This document shows positions 46,797 through 59,542 of a stretch of 64,000 nucleotides of DNA, piece after piece (positions within the stretch are counted from its first letter, which is position 1; the number at the start of each line of letters is the position of its first letter). The stretch lies in the NCBI GenBank assembly GCA_001662655.1, contig KV460207.1. The stretch is one strand, 5' to 3'. A program made the translations under genes and the position numbers. Under the pieces are notes generated by a model, which saw nothing but the letters and a program-made list of their open reading frames with translations, was not told the DNA's origin and did not search any database. The stretch comes from Pseudogymnoascus verrucosus (taxonomy: Eukaryota).

Positions 46797-46945
46797 GGAG
46801 GGAGGGTACGAGGCGGTGGTGAAGCTGCTCGCGGAGCGAGATGACGTTGTGGCCGACTCGAAGAGTAACAGCGGTCAGACGCCGCTGTCGAGGGCGGCGA
46901 CGAGCGGGCACGAGACGGTTGTGAAGCTGCTTGTCTAGCGGGACC
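46797..46945 (+). pseudogene. Orphan ankyrin-repeat fragment of fungal NLR type
   Basis: GYEAVVKLLAERDDVVADSKSNSGQTPLSRAATSGHETVVKLLV*RD, with no start codon or flanking domains. Confidence 0.85.
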
Positions 46946-47917
46946 CTTCTAAAGCTAGTCTTAGGTCTGTTAACCCCTCTCCAGCGCATCTGCGAGCAAG
47001 GTGTTGACCTACTACCTCCTGTTAGGCTCGTTGTTTTTGTTTTAATTGCAGCCTATTTTATACTAATCTATATAACCCCACTCTGTGCCTTTTTGTTTGT
47101 CCTTTTCATGTGTTTATTGCGGTTGTGGATAGAGTGTTAAAACAATAGGATATAGCGAATTATATGTTTTGCCACACATATGCTCTCTCAGATTCAGCCA
47201 GCAAATTAGACAGGGGAGAGCTTTTAGAATCCCAATATGATCGGCTCGATCAACACCACGTATTCAGATGGAGGGATTATTTGCGGATGGTTCTTCTCTG
47301 GTCCACTCGTGAGTTTTCTCCAACGACAGCCTAGGATGCACTCATCGAAATGGCCTGACATGGGGATGTGGTGAAGATGAGCGACGAATCCCGTCGCTTA
47401 TCGGGTATGAGGCTGTGAGGGAGGTTTCGTTCGAGTGGGTGGATGTGGATTGGGGAGGAGATTGAGCGCGGGTTGGCGCTAATACTAACGTAAGACCGCC
47501 CAAGGGAGCAGATCCGTATCCTTGCAAAGAATGCACAGCATGGAGGTGGTAATATGTTGCAACTATCGCTGATATCTTTAGTCTCAAAACTCTCATTGAG
47601 GCTACCGTTGAGCTAGTTGAGCTTCTTTCGCCTTGACCCGGTGGGGGCGGGGTTCGGCAGTTAGTGGAAGGCTTAAATCCATGGCCGGTGAGATCCACCT
47701 CAGACCCTAACCTGAGCTGGCTCTCCGGTGGGGCCTGTTCCCCACGACAAACATAGCATCATTTCATTTGCGGGAAAGCCTCGATTTCTCTAAATGGGGT
47801 TCTCTAATCTGCTTTGTAAGTAGTATAAAGGGAGGGGGCGGGTTCTTTTGTACTGATTCTTCTCCTAGATGTGCTACTTATCAGAGACTCTTAATATTGA
47901 TTCACTTGCCTAAAACA

Positions 47918-49748
47918 ATGTTAGACCAAATCTTCTCAATGTACGCCTTTTGCAAAGTTTCCACTATCGCTTTAGTACTTGCTGCTGCATTACCCTGCGC
48001 TGCACACCCTCAGAATACCCACTATACCAATCCAATAATACCTGGGTGGCATTCAGACCCAAGTTGTATTTACGTGCGAAAGGAGAGCACATATTTCTGT
48101 ACAACGTCAACATTTCTCTTATACCCAGGCATCCCAATTTACGCAAGCAAGGACCTCGTGAGCTGGAAATTGGTTAGCAATGTTCTCAATCGTCCCAGTC
48201 AGGTACCTGAACTCAACAACGTCGCTTGGCAACAGGGTGGAATGTATGCGGCAACTCTCCGCTATCGTGAAGATAAATTCCACCTCGTTGTTGCTGACTT
48301 AGGAGGGGTCGGTTCCAACTATCTTTTCACTTCTTCGGATCCCTACAACGATAAAGCGTGGAATGACCCCGTGAAGTTCGCTCTGGACCCTGGTAGCGAC
48401 GCTGACCTTTTCTGGGACGACGATGGTACGGCATACATTACCGTGGCTAGGAATGGTCTCATAAACCAATTTGCTTTCGATATGGAGACAGGTGCAATGG
48501 GTCCATTAAGTGAACTGTGGAATGGTACTGGAGGAGTTTATCCTGAAGGTCCTCATATGTACAAGAAAGACGGGTATTACTATCTCATGATTGCTGAGGG
48601 AGGCACCGAGCAAAACCACACGGAAACAATTGCACGATCTCGAAACCGCCTTGGGCCGTGGGAAGCGTACCCTCGCAATCCACTCCTAACGAATCGCGAT
48701 ACAGACCAATACTTTCAAACTGTAGGCCATGCAGACTTGTTCCAGGATGAAGACTATAACTGGTGGGCTGTTGCATTGAGCACCCGTTCAGGAAAGGAAT
48801 GGCTGAACTATCCTATGGGTCGAGAAACGGTTCTTGTGCCGGCTACTTGGGGCAAAGGCGAATGGCCTGTCTTACAGCCAGTTCGCGGTACAATGCAAGG
48901 TCCACTTCCAAGAGTAAACAAGAATGTTGCTGGGGATGGTGCCTTTGTGAACGAACCCGACAAATTCAACTTTCGGCCGGGCTCCTCCATCCCTAAGCAT
49001 CTTTCGTTCTGGCGGTTCCCTAATACCTATTCGTATACAGTCTCCCCACGGGGACATCCAAATACGCTTCGTTTAACGCCATCTTCTATGAACATTACTG
49101 GTACTGCAGATATTCAGCCCAGCGACCCGATAACTCTAATTATGCGTCGTCAAACTGATACCTTATTTACCTACGGTGTCGATTTCTCATTCGACCCGAA
49201 GTTAGAGAATGAGGAGACTGGTGTAACCCTTTTTTTAACCCAACTTCAACATATTGATCTTGGTATAGTCAATCTATCGTCCCCAAATTCTAAGGAGTCA
49301 TCAATATCACTGCGATTCCGTGTCGAAGGTGTCGGAAATTATGTTGGGCCTGCCATAGAGCCAACGACTGTCCCAGTTCCAAAGGCTTGGCATGGAAAGT
49401 CTATCCGATTAGAGATTAAGGCTGTGAATACAACCCACTATTCTTTCTCAGCTGCTCTTTCAGCCAAGCCATCTCAAAGTCAAATAATTGCCTACGCTAA
49501 GGCACTACTTGTGAGTGGGGGTACCGGCATTTTCACTGGTAAGTCATTGGTGTTTCGCAATTTATTCTAATTCATATGGAGCTCGGATTGCTAATCTAGT
49601 TGTCTTGCTACTAGGTGCGCTTGTCGGCGCTTATGCTACAAGTAATGGAGGCAACGGCACCACAAATAGCTATCTTAGTAATTGGAGATACGAAGGTCAG
49701 GGTCAAGAGATTGATTATGATACAATCGTCTCTAGCAATTTCTTTTAG
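47918..49748 (+). CDS. Secreted GH43 xylosidase/arabinofuranosidase with C-terminal beta-sandwich
   Basis: YTNPIIPGWHSDPSC, DADLFWDDDG, PEGPHMYKKDGYYYLMIAEGGT, VGHADL and MGRET. Intron 49539-49614. An alternative ATG lies at 47939. Confidence 0.93.
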
Positions 49749-50191
49749 TGAATGTAGTCACTGAATTTCTAGCATATAAAACCGGATAAGATATTTTCCA
49801 TCTCAAACAACTTCAACTTTCACCAGCCTGTCAAACAAACCGGATAAGAGATTTTCTATCCAAGCAAGGTTGATATCAACGTTTTCCATTCTCCCGCCCT
49901 TCGTTATTGTTTCTTACTTCCGACTATGGACAAGGTTGGCATATACAAATACGGGGAAATGACAGGGATACAATGGCCGGTTCATGCGCGATTATGTGCC
50001 GATGGCACTGTCAAAGAGGAGATGATGAGCACGGCGACTAGGATGCTAGACACGCGTTCTTGTTTGTTTTCTTCCGAAACTGTTCTTCTTCGGAGGTGTT
50101 TCTAGATGTGGAATTGGGATAGCGGGAAGATAAGTTAAATGGACTTGACATCCAGTTTATTTTTTCGTGTCTGGTAGTCCAAAGTCTCAAC

Positions 50192-50572
50192 ATGCAGCTT
50201 CTCAAATATTTTTTCGTTCTCCTCCCGAGTCTGCTTTCCATCTCTGGTGCAACTGATCTTGACTACACGAAAAGAGATTTTATCTTCAGCGATCCCGAAG
50301 TAGCATGCAGCCAACTGGGTTCCTCGCTCGCTATCGAGAATGTAACAGTCAACTTCGCCAACTTCGTCCCAGCAGGAACAAATCTCTCTTTTACGCAAGA
50401 CTTTAATCTCAGTTCTTGCGGATACCTGAGCGCTGTGGTCACGACTGACATGTGTCGTGTTGCAATGTATGATGCAACCAGTTATCGCAGTGGGATTACA
50501 CTCGAGGCATGGCTACCTATGAATTGGACGGGCAGGTTTTTGAGTACGGGGAATGGGGCGTTAGTGGATGTC
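50192..50572 (+). pseudogene. Tannase/feruloyl esterase (FaeB-type) 5' fragment
   Basis: Signal peptide and CRVAM..SGITLEAWLPMNWTGRFLSTGNG. The frame is then lost at the GNGG motif and no GCSTGG catalytic region follows. Confidence 0.85.
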
Positions 50573-51427
50573 AGTCTAGTTCATCTGCTCTGCGTTCTTA
50601 TAATACACAAGATGACCCGGAAAATAATCAGACTGAGCTGCAGACACGCAACGGATAGCTGTCGATGCAGTGGCCTTCGGCTATCTGAGCTGGTTGGTAT
50701 CATCGGATACTTTGCCCGTCGTCTGTGCATGGACTGTCTTGCTCGGTGACTAGGGCCACACTACAAATTGTGGCTGCTCATAGATATACCCAGAACGAGG
50801 AGGATCCAGTAGGGTGTGGTAATAATAGTCAAGACGAAAGGTTTTTTTCTATCTGTCTGAAGCAGAAAGGGTGGAAGCTTGATATGGGAATGAGAAATAA
50901 AGGGTTAGATTTTGGGTCGGGATTTTATGGACATCACCCATCATAGTGTAGCAATTCACATCCAAGCTAATCTTCGTATCTCCAAGCGTCACCAAGATCA
51001 GCCTATAAATCGAAGCTTAAAGATGTCATGGCCGAATCGAACCACAGCAGCACCAGCACCAGCGCCAGCACCAGTCCAGACTGCGGAATGCGTTCTGGGC
51101 GGATTGGAAAACACGTCCCGAAAGATGTGGAGAAATATTTCGGTCAAGGTTTGCCAGACATATCTTTGAAAAAGCTGCGGTGGCATGTAATTGTGGTGAC
51201 AATAAGATGCAGTGACAGGAATATGTGATCAGCGATGAGAATATGCGGCAACAGGAGGCCGCAAAGCAGGAAGATGAGGTGGCAGCTCCCTATTTCGAGG
51301 TTGAATCTGATCTTTCAAAGCTCGGGGCGAGCATCCGTAATACAAATAAAAGTATAGATAGTGTATGTGGTGATAAATCAAACGCAGATGGGTCTCGCCT
51401 CTTCCTTAAATACCAAAACTACTCAGA

Positions 51428-52486
51428 CTACAGCTTCTTCCTCATCGCAAGGATCCTCTCAGTCCCCTTGCTAAAATCATAAGGAGATAGCTTCCCATTC
51501 GCCAACGCTACAACAAGCGCATTCACAATCGCCTCACCCTGCGTCGCATTCCTCCCAGATGCAAGAATAATATCCATCCCCGCCACAGCCGCCAGAACCC
51601 CACGCTCCGCATCATTTCCAAACGCCTTCAAGCTCCCAGCCTCAATCGCATCCGTGATCGTCACCCCCTTAAACCCAAGCCTCTGTCTCAGCTCCCCCTG
51701 CACCCACGGGATACTCAACCCCGCCGGCAGCTTCGCATCAAGGGCCGGGTAAAGTGCCCAAGACGTCATCACCATGTCGACACCCGCCGCAATTGCACCC
51801 TTATACGGCGCTTCATCCACATTGCGTAGCTCATCCAGCGTCAGCGTGATCGTAACTGGCTTAACATCCGTATTCGCGTCCTTCGCCGCCGAGCCCAGGC
51901 CAGGGAAATGCTTCGCCGCAGCAAGCACGCCAGCAGCTTGCTGAGAGGCAATAAACGCCGAACCGCACGTGTTAACCAGCGCAGGCGTATTTCCGAATGA
52001 CCGCCCATACGCATCGGTGAAATCCCCTGCCACACGGAAAACATCCAGCACCGGTGCCAGATTGCCGTTCGCACCGCTCGCCTTCAGCGCGCTCGCTGCG
52101 TCCTTCCCTGCCTGCGTAGCGGCGGCAGCTGGGTTAGCTGACGCCCCGATCTGCTTCGCGGATGATACGGGGCCGCCGGGGAGACGGCGGACTTGACCGC
52201 CCTCCTGGTCCGTGACGATGAGGAGGGGGTGGCCGTCGTAGGCAGGGCTCTGGGCGAAGGCGGTTTGGAAGCTAGCAACGACGGTGGGGAGGTTGGCGTC
52301 GACGTTCTCGCCGAAGAGGATGATGCCGCCGACTTTGCCTTGGCGCGTGAGAGTGAGGAGGGAGGCGGGAGGGGTGAGGCCGGGGTAGGAGTGGATGACG
52401 TGGCGGGCGGCGAGGAGGGTGTCTGAGGCGGTGTCTGCTGTGACGAGGAGGGCTGTTGCCAGGAGGGTAAATATGGAGGACTTCAT
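51428..52486 (-). CDS. Secreted single-domain GH3 (NagZ/beta-N-acetylglucosaminidase-like), intronless
   Basis: GGIILFGEN, DQEGGQVRR, NLAPVLDV, RSFG, KHFPGLG and LGFKGVTITD, preceded by a signal peptide. Confidence 0.9.
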   Translation of the reverse strand: MKSSIFTLLATALLVTADTASDTLLAARHVIHSYPGLTPPASLLTLTRQGKVGGIILFGENVDANLPTVVASFQTAFAQSPAYDGHPLLIVTDQEGGQVRRLPGGPVSSAKQIGASANPAAAATQAGKDAASALKASGANGNLAPVLDVFRVAGDFTDAYGRSFGNTPALVNTCGSAFIASQQAAGVLAAAKHFPGLGSAAKDANTDVKPVTITLTLDELRNVDEAPYKGAIAAGVDMVMTSWALYPALDAKLPAGLSIPWVQGELRQRLGFKGVTITDAIEAGSLKAFGNDAERGVLAAVAGMDIILASGRNATQGEAIVNALVVALANGKLSPYDFSKGTERILAMRKKL

Positions 52487-53777
52487 ATTGAAATCGGGGT
52501 AGGATGGAATGAGAGACTAATTTTCAAAGTAACAAGGAAAGAGAAAGAAGCAATCAGTTTCGTGACCTCAAATAATAACTTCCTTTGGGTATTTAAACAA
52601 AAGCTTGTTTTCGGTGCTTAAGTAACAGCGCTTTCGGCGATTTAAAACAAGGTAAATTGACAGCAAAAGAAAATAGTTATTACTTGTAGCTAATCAGGGG
52701 AACCTCTCTCGCACGTTCATTAACTAAGAGGCAGAGCGCGAGGTTGAAGGATTCTCTTCCAAGCTCATAAATAGCGGCCGTCGCACAACCATTAACACTG
52801 GTTGCTAACGAGGGGTAGGCAATTCCAGGCATTGATCGGCATGCGAGCATCAGGAACGGAAGGTGCGAAATATCCCACCAACTTTATAAAATAGGAGCAA
52901 CCATCACCAAGTAAAAGTGAAGGGCAATCGACTTCAGAAATAACTCTTTGGTAGAAAATACGACTTACCCCTATTTCACTGACACTTGACATTCTGACAA
53001 CACGGGGCGTGCCGGAAAGGAGAAAAATAGTGCACGAGAAAGCGCCCAACTAAAAGCGGGCGGGACAAGCTAACGGGATGCCAGAGTTGAACCAACCAAT
53101 ATTTCCATGACTCGGGCCGTGTGCTTTAACTCACCAAAACCCGCTCAGGGCAACAAACCTCAGTCCACTTGGTATTGAGTTCGCCACTGGATATTCGCTG
53201 TCATCGAATGAGGCCGTTTCCCAGGGCGGTAGGTTTCACGTGGGGGGCGACGCCCAAATTCTCGCCACGTGAAAACTGCAGGGGTAAGGCGGAGATGCTT
53301 CTTCTCCTGGGTAGTCCTTTTATCCGGGAGTGGAGTGGAGATCGTGTCTGCCGCGTTCGTCCCCAATACCCAGAGACCGAGTTGACGGAGATCTGCTGGG
53401 ACGTGCTGTATGCAGAGTCGTGAGACAAAATAAACAATAGATCGTGACGGGGGACGGGCTGATGAGAAAGGCGCGTGCTTGCGATTGCTTGGGTGGCCTT
53501 GCGTGCATCATGATTGCCCTCCTTGGCACATGAGATCTGAAAACGCTTGTTATACGGCAGTTCCGAAAAGCTCTTACATTTTTGGTAAGCAAGCTTCCCT
53601 ATTGCGTATACAAGACCAGGCTACTCGTTCGAAGTACGCCAGAACCCCTTGCGCCAGCCACCGTGGTGGAATCATAAATGACCCAGGGCAAGCCTAAATA
53701 GGGGATTCAGCGGGCCCTGACAAGAACGTGAAACTTGGCGGGGTCGTTGGCCTCGTTGTTGGCTTCACTGAATTATG

Positions 53778-53822
53778 GGCGATGTGGATGGCGATGTGGA
53801 TGGCGATGTGGATGACGATGGC
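53778..53822 (+). repeat. 12-bp tandem repeat (GGCGATGTGGAT), three full copies plus a partial
   Basis: Seen directly. Confidence 0.8.
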
Positions 53823-54474
53823 CGCACTTGCATCGGAGCGGCAGTTTTTGACGATAGTCTTTCCCTCTCTAGTTTGGGAGCGGAGCAGAAATGCGGATCC
53901 AGCACGTTTACGGGTATCACTGGAGACATTTATCTAATTCCGATAGCCATCTCCGGGTCGGCACTAACCTATATTCGTGCCCTCCGTCCCCATTGTCGCG
54001 CGTTCAACGGCCAATTTATATTCAATGAGGGGGTTCTGGAGCGAAATAGCACTGCCGAGGCATCCACATCGGGCGACAAGATGGCTTTCGGACTGAGAGT
54101 ATCACCATCGATATACGCGTTCCCAACGAACGTTAATCGTATCCGTTGAACATTTATTGGATTATATCATGCCCGACAGTGGGCCTGCCGTGTCTTACCA
54201 CAGTTACGTCTGTTGCCCTCTTAGAATTGCCCATAGAATCATTCTCCCGCCCCTTCATGCAAGTCTCGACTCGGGCATCACTTCCGTCTCCATATAACTT
54301 TGCTGATCTCCGCTGCAAACTGAGTAGTGTCCCAATGATTGCCATCAACGGCCGGGCGTTGCAAGACACTAGCCGTGATGTCAGAAAGCGACAGATGGGA
54401 CAAAGACTTTATATCAGACCCCCATTCCATCTCACCGGTAAATCCGGACAATCCACACTTGCTATCTTTCAACA

Positions 54475-55775
54475 ATGACGGTGACGCCAGCTGATCGAGG
54501 GCCTCAAGTGAGTGCTGTGGCTGGTTTATTCTTCGCTCTAAGCACCATTGGGATTATTCTACGATGCTACTGTAGAGCCGTCGTTGTCAGGGCCTTTGGC
54601 ATGGACGATTGGTTCGCTGTTATTGCCTGGGTAAGTCATACTTCTACTGATTTACCTTTATGAGTCGAAATACTAACCATAAGCTCTAGATATTCTTCAC
54701 TTTCTTTTGCGCATTTGCTATTACTGGCGTGCACTACGGAACCGGACAACATGCTGCAGACCTCCCACCTGAAGACATCCCAGTTGGGTTGAAAGTAAGA
54801 ACCCCTTATCTCAAGCCAGCTTGAGCAGAACTGATTGCATTCAGTGGTGGTGGGCATGCGAACCCGTCTACGTCCTGTCCAATATGGCTCTCAAGCTCAG
54901 CATCAGCATTTTCTTACTACGACTCGCCGTCACCCGGGCTTCCCGGATAATCATCTACGTTATCATAGGTGTAGTCGAAGCCTACAGCGCCTTTTACTTT
55001 TTCCTATTCGTCCTGCAGTGCCGCCCTTCCTCATACTTCTGGACGCAGTACACCGGAGGCACGGGGACCTGTGTCAATCCGAAAATCACCGTTGATGCTA
55101 CCTACGCCTATTCCGCCATCTCTTGTGTCGCAGATTGGGGATTGGGTCTCATGCCCATCTTCCTGATCTGGCACATTCAAATGGACATGCGCACCAAGAT
55201 GTCTGTTGCTGCTATTCTCTCCGTCGGCGCTATGTATGTCCCCTATAACCCACCACCCCCTACCCCTTAAAATTACAACCCACTAACCCTCTCGCAGCGC
55301 CTCGACCGCAACAATCGTCCGCATCCCCTTCGTCAAGGACCTCGCCAACGTCCAAGACTTCCTCTACGCCACCACGGATGTCGCCATCTGGTCCACCGTT
55401 GAAACCGGCATCGGCATCGCCGCCTCTGCTGCCGCGACCCTACGCCCGCTCTTCAAGGCCTACTTCGGCAGCAGCCACCTAGCCGGTAACACGTCATCGA
55501 ACAACTGGCCGCGCTCGGGCAACTCAGGGTATGTCCAGAATAAGGCGTCGGGAGGGGAGGAGTTTGGGATGCGGAATAATGCGGGTAGGGCGCCGGGTAC
55601 GGGAGTGACGACGCTGATTGAGGCGGATGCAGATGAGAGGGGCGAGGCGGGGAGGGTGAAGTTTGAGGGGGGTGGGTGGGATAGTCAGAGTAAGTTGAGG
55701 GGAGGGAGTGATGATGAGGCGGAGTGGAGGTCGGGGATTATGAAGACGACTGGGACGACGCGGACGGAGCTTTAA
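54475..55775 (+). CDS. PTH11-like (fungal rhodopsin-domain) integral membrane protein without CFEM, four exons
   Basis: LRCYCR..FGMDDW, KLSISIFLLRL, FVLQCRP..W, DWGLGLMPI, ASTATIVR and WSTVETGIGI..TLRPL. Three GT-AG introns. Confidence 0.9.
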
Positions 55776-56898
55776 ATGGGGTTTGTTTGGGCACCACTGT
55801 ATTACCTCTTAATCGGAGTGTTGATTTCGGGGTGTTTTAGGGGATGGTGGGAATTGGGACGATACACAAGCATCGAATGATGTGCGGAGGATTTTTTGAT
55901 TTTGGGATATACCTTTGTTGCGGGCTAGATCGAATGAATGCAAATAGGAGTTAAGGATATAAATTCAAATATATATATGAATATAAGAACAACACCCCGT
56001 TTCGGACAGTCAACCACTATCCCGAGGCTACGCAGAGTTTGCACGTCTGCACCCTCTTCACCCCACGTCTTGAGCTACCGTAGCGACAACATCAATGAAT
56101 TGACATCAGCAATTTCACTTTTCTTAGGTTAGATACTGGAATGGTGGCTGCTTATTCTAATGGCAACCGCAAGATGCGCGGCGTGCTCAGAGACCTGTGG
56201 GGTGTGGGCAACCCACCCTTACCGACATAATGGATAATAACAAGTTTTAAAATTATGTATAGTTAATTGGGCGTGGAATCTTGAGCGCCAAAATAATGAT
56301 GGTGAAATAGGAGCGACAATGGTTCATGGCGGCGACAAGAAGGTGACATTGACGAGAGAGCAACAGTGGAGTGAATGAAATCTGTACAATAAAGTACCGA
56401 TCTAAACGTCCTTCTCGATCGACAATATTGTCTGTCTTCGATATCTCTTTGATATCCTGTAACATCCATTCCATGAGAGTAATATGAGTGATCTCTAATC
56501 TAAACGGCAACCCTGTTTCTGCTTCTACATCTACTTTAATTTCAACTGTCTACATCTATAATTGTTAGTCGCAGCCGCATATTAAATATGTAATCCGAGA
56601 AAAAATATAAATTTTAAGTGCTCTAAATCCACCTGGCCGTCTAATGCGGAACCAAGGCATAACTGACCACTTCTACGTCTGTACGTGTGCAAATGCCCCC
56701 TATAGGACCCAGCGCGTGGCGCAGGCATTTTTATGCCTTTTCCGCCCCCATCCCCGTCCTTGGCTTCGACACTATCTTTCGACTACCCCCTCTAGTCGTA
56801 GCCAGCCCGATGTCCCCCGTACATTTAATCCTTCAACGCCAACTCCTCATTTACAACCGCGGCTCCTTATCGTTTTCTGTCCTTTAGGTGGTCTGGTC

Positions 56899-58208
56899 TC
56901 AGCGCTTGACGATGGTGATAATATCCTCATCCCCGAGCTCGTGGCTCAGACCGACACGCTGGGGTTGATGCTTGACGGACTTGCCGTAAACGATCGCAGA
57001 GCGGAAGTCGTCGACGATAGTTTTGTGGATGGCGTTACACTGGGTGGAACGTTAGTGGCGTGTGTAGGGTGGAAAGCTGAGTGAAAGGGGTAGCAGGAAA
57101 GGGGAGGGTAAAAAGGAGGGAGGAAGGGAACTCACGAAATCTTCGACGGTGCAGCGTGTGGAGCGCAGAACGACTGGAGATGAGTAATCGGGCAGCTTGC
57201 CCTTTGGCTTGGTGTATACGCGGACTAGCTTTAGCTTCTCCCACATCTGCTCCATGAGCTCGTCGACATTCCAGCCGTGCTCGGAACTAATCGGGCAAGC
57301 GTTTGGAATCCGGTACAGCAAGTCTAGCTCCTCGATACTAATGGCATCGATTTTGTTCAGTGCGTAGATAACAGGGATGTAACTCCGGCTCTTCGCCTCG
57401 AGCACATCAATCAAGTCGTCGATGGTGGCGTCGCAGCGAATGGCGATATCTGCGCTGCTAATCTTGTACTCCTGCATGACGGCACGGATCTCATCGTGGT
57501 CGATGTGCGACAGCGGGACGGTGTTGGTGATGCTCAGTCCACCCTTATCCTTCTTCTTGAAGACGATATTCGGCGGCGACTTGTTGACACGGATCCCGAA
57601 GCCCTCCAGTTCCGCCTCGATGACCTTCTTGTCAGTCAACGGCTTATTCACGTCCAGCACGATAAAAATCAAATGACACGTCTTCGCCACGGCGATAACC
57701 TGTCGTCCACGACCCTTTCCGTCCTTCGCTCCCTCAATAATACCGGGTAAATCCAGCATCTGGATCTTCGCACCGTTGTACTCCACCTGACCAGGAACCG
57801 TTGTGAGCGTTGTGAACTCGTATGCCGCAGCCTCGGAATGTTGACCAGTCAGTCGACTCATCAGGGTACTCTTTCCTACGGAAGGGAAGCCGATGAAGCC
57901 CACGGAGGCGACACCTGTGCGCGCAACGTCGAAGCCTGCCCCGCCACCACCACCGCTAGATGAAGGAGTGAGGAGCTCGCGCTTGAGTTTCGCAAGTTTG
58001 GCTTTAAGTTGACCAAGATGGAAGGAGGTGTTCTTGTTCTTTTGGGTCTTGGCCATCTGCGGAGTTTGTTAGATTTTGCCATTGGGGGATTGTGGGTGGG
58101 GGTTTGCGGACCTCCTCCTCGATGTGCTTGATCTGTTCCACTGTGTTAGCTGTGTTCGTCTATGAGGGCGGCAATGGCGGCGCATACCTTATCTACTGTG
58201 GTCGACAT
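56899..58208 (-). CDS. RBG1: Ribosome-binding DRG-family GTPase
   Basis: Spliced N-terminus [38 protein letters not shown], then [21 protein letters not shown] and a TGS domain. Three introns. Confidence 0.96.
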
Positions 58209-58463
58209 GATTGCGGTTGTATTTCTTGTCTAATGCCCCCTTGCTAAAGTTGTTTCGTGGGTTCCCACGGTGTTGTCGTTGCGCAAACTGGTATCAAATG
58301 CAGATATGGCAGTTTGGGTTGTGGCGGGGAAATAAATTCAAGAATGGATACGGAACAAATTTGTGCCGCTCCGGCCGTGAATATATATAAGGCTGTCCGC
58401 CATGTTTATCAAACACGACTGAACAAAGTGGTGATTGCGCCAAAGTTGATCTAACGCGCAAAG

Positions 58464-59441
58464 ATGGATCCAGTACAAGTTTTGCGAAATTTCTATCTTC
58501 TTGCGTCTACACTCCTTGTGTCATTCAATGTGGTGCCCTCTTTGCAACAGCGATTCTTGAAATATGGTGCCAGAGCCACCAAAGTGAAAGACGAGCATGG
58601 CAAGCCTATCCAGGAGCCCGAGTCCAACAGTCGATTGTCAAAGTTGATGGACTTGGTGGCATCATTTGGTGTACCCCACTCGTGGTTTACTCACTTCTAC
58701 ATAGCCTCAGTGGCGTCGTCCGTATTCTGGGCGATACAGGTTGCCCGCAAGGGACTGTTCTTCAGATTTCTAGCAGAGCTGCACTTAGACAACTCTGTCA
58801 ATGAGCCATCAATGACAATCGATCAGGTGGTTCTAGTTTGGACACTCATGGCCATCCAAGGCTGCCGCAGATTGTACGAATGCATTACCCTCACTAAGCC
58901 GACTACATCCAAAATGGGCGCTGTGGCATATTTACTTGGACTTGTGTTTTATTTGGCTATGGGAGTGGTTGTCTGGGTAGAAGGAATACGTAAGATAGAC
59001 GCCTGTCTGCCCCATCATATTTCTTTGCTGATTGTAAAAGCTTCTATACTTGCCAATGACATCTCATTCCAATCCTTGGCCACCATGATTCAGCCTTCCG
59101 TCAAGACTGCCATCGGCGTGCCTCTCTTCCTCCTCGGCTCAATAGCCCAGAACACGTGCCACACCTATCTCGGAAGTCTCAAAAAGTACTCTCTGCCGGA
59201 GGAAGGATTGTTTCGTGGCATCATCTCGCCGCATTATACGAGCGAGTGTGTGATATACCTTGGACTCGCAATCGCTGGAGCACCCCCAGGTCAACCTTTG
59301 AATAAAACCATTGCTACCGTAGTCTTCTTCGAGGCTATTAACCTGGGCATTACCGCGGAGTCCACTAGAGCATGGTACAGCGAGAAGTTTGGTGCGAAGA
59401 GCATAGAAGGTAGATGGAGAATCTTCCCGTACGCTTATTGA
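58464..59441 (+). CDS. DFG10: Polyprenol/polyprenal reductase (steroid 5-alpha-reductase family)
   Basis: VPHSWFTHFY, QGCRRLYEC, CHTYLGSLKKY, SPHYTSEC and NLGITA..WY.EKF. A probable short intron lies near 58990-59040. Confidence 0.88.
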   Translation: MDPVQVLRNFYLLASTLLVSFNVVPSLQQRFLKYGARATKVKDEHGKPIQEPESNSRLSKLMDLVASFGVPHSWFTHFYIASVASSVFWAIQVARKGLFFRFLAELHLDNSVNEPSMTIDQVVLVWTLMAIQGCRRLYECITLTKPTTSKMGAVAYLLGLVFYLAMGVVVWVEGIRKIDACLPHHISLLIVKASILANDISFQSLATMIQPSVKTAIGVPLFLLGSIAQNTCHTYLGSLKKYSLPEEGLFRGIISPHYTSECVIYLGLAIAGAPPGQPLNKTIATVVFFEAINLGITAESTRAWYSEKFGAKSIEGRWRIFPYAY

Positions 59442-59542
59442 GTGCACGACATATAGGCAATGACTTCGGATGCCGTATACACACACAAGAGACCTGGATG
59501 GAGGGATATGCTGCTCAGTCGCGAAACTGATACCTAAAGAGA

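Noticed and set aside
49779..49862. Imperfect direct repeat AAACCGGATAAGA..ATTTTC after the GH43 gene
   Set aside because: Only two copies, consistent with an ordinary local duplication.
13690..52486. Starship giant transposon call for the island
   Set aside because: No tyrosine-recombinase captain (DUF3435) or convincing boundary repeats were recognisable. It is kept only as an untested possibility.
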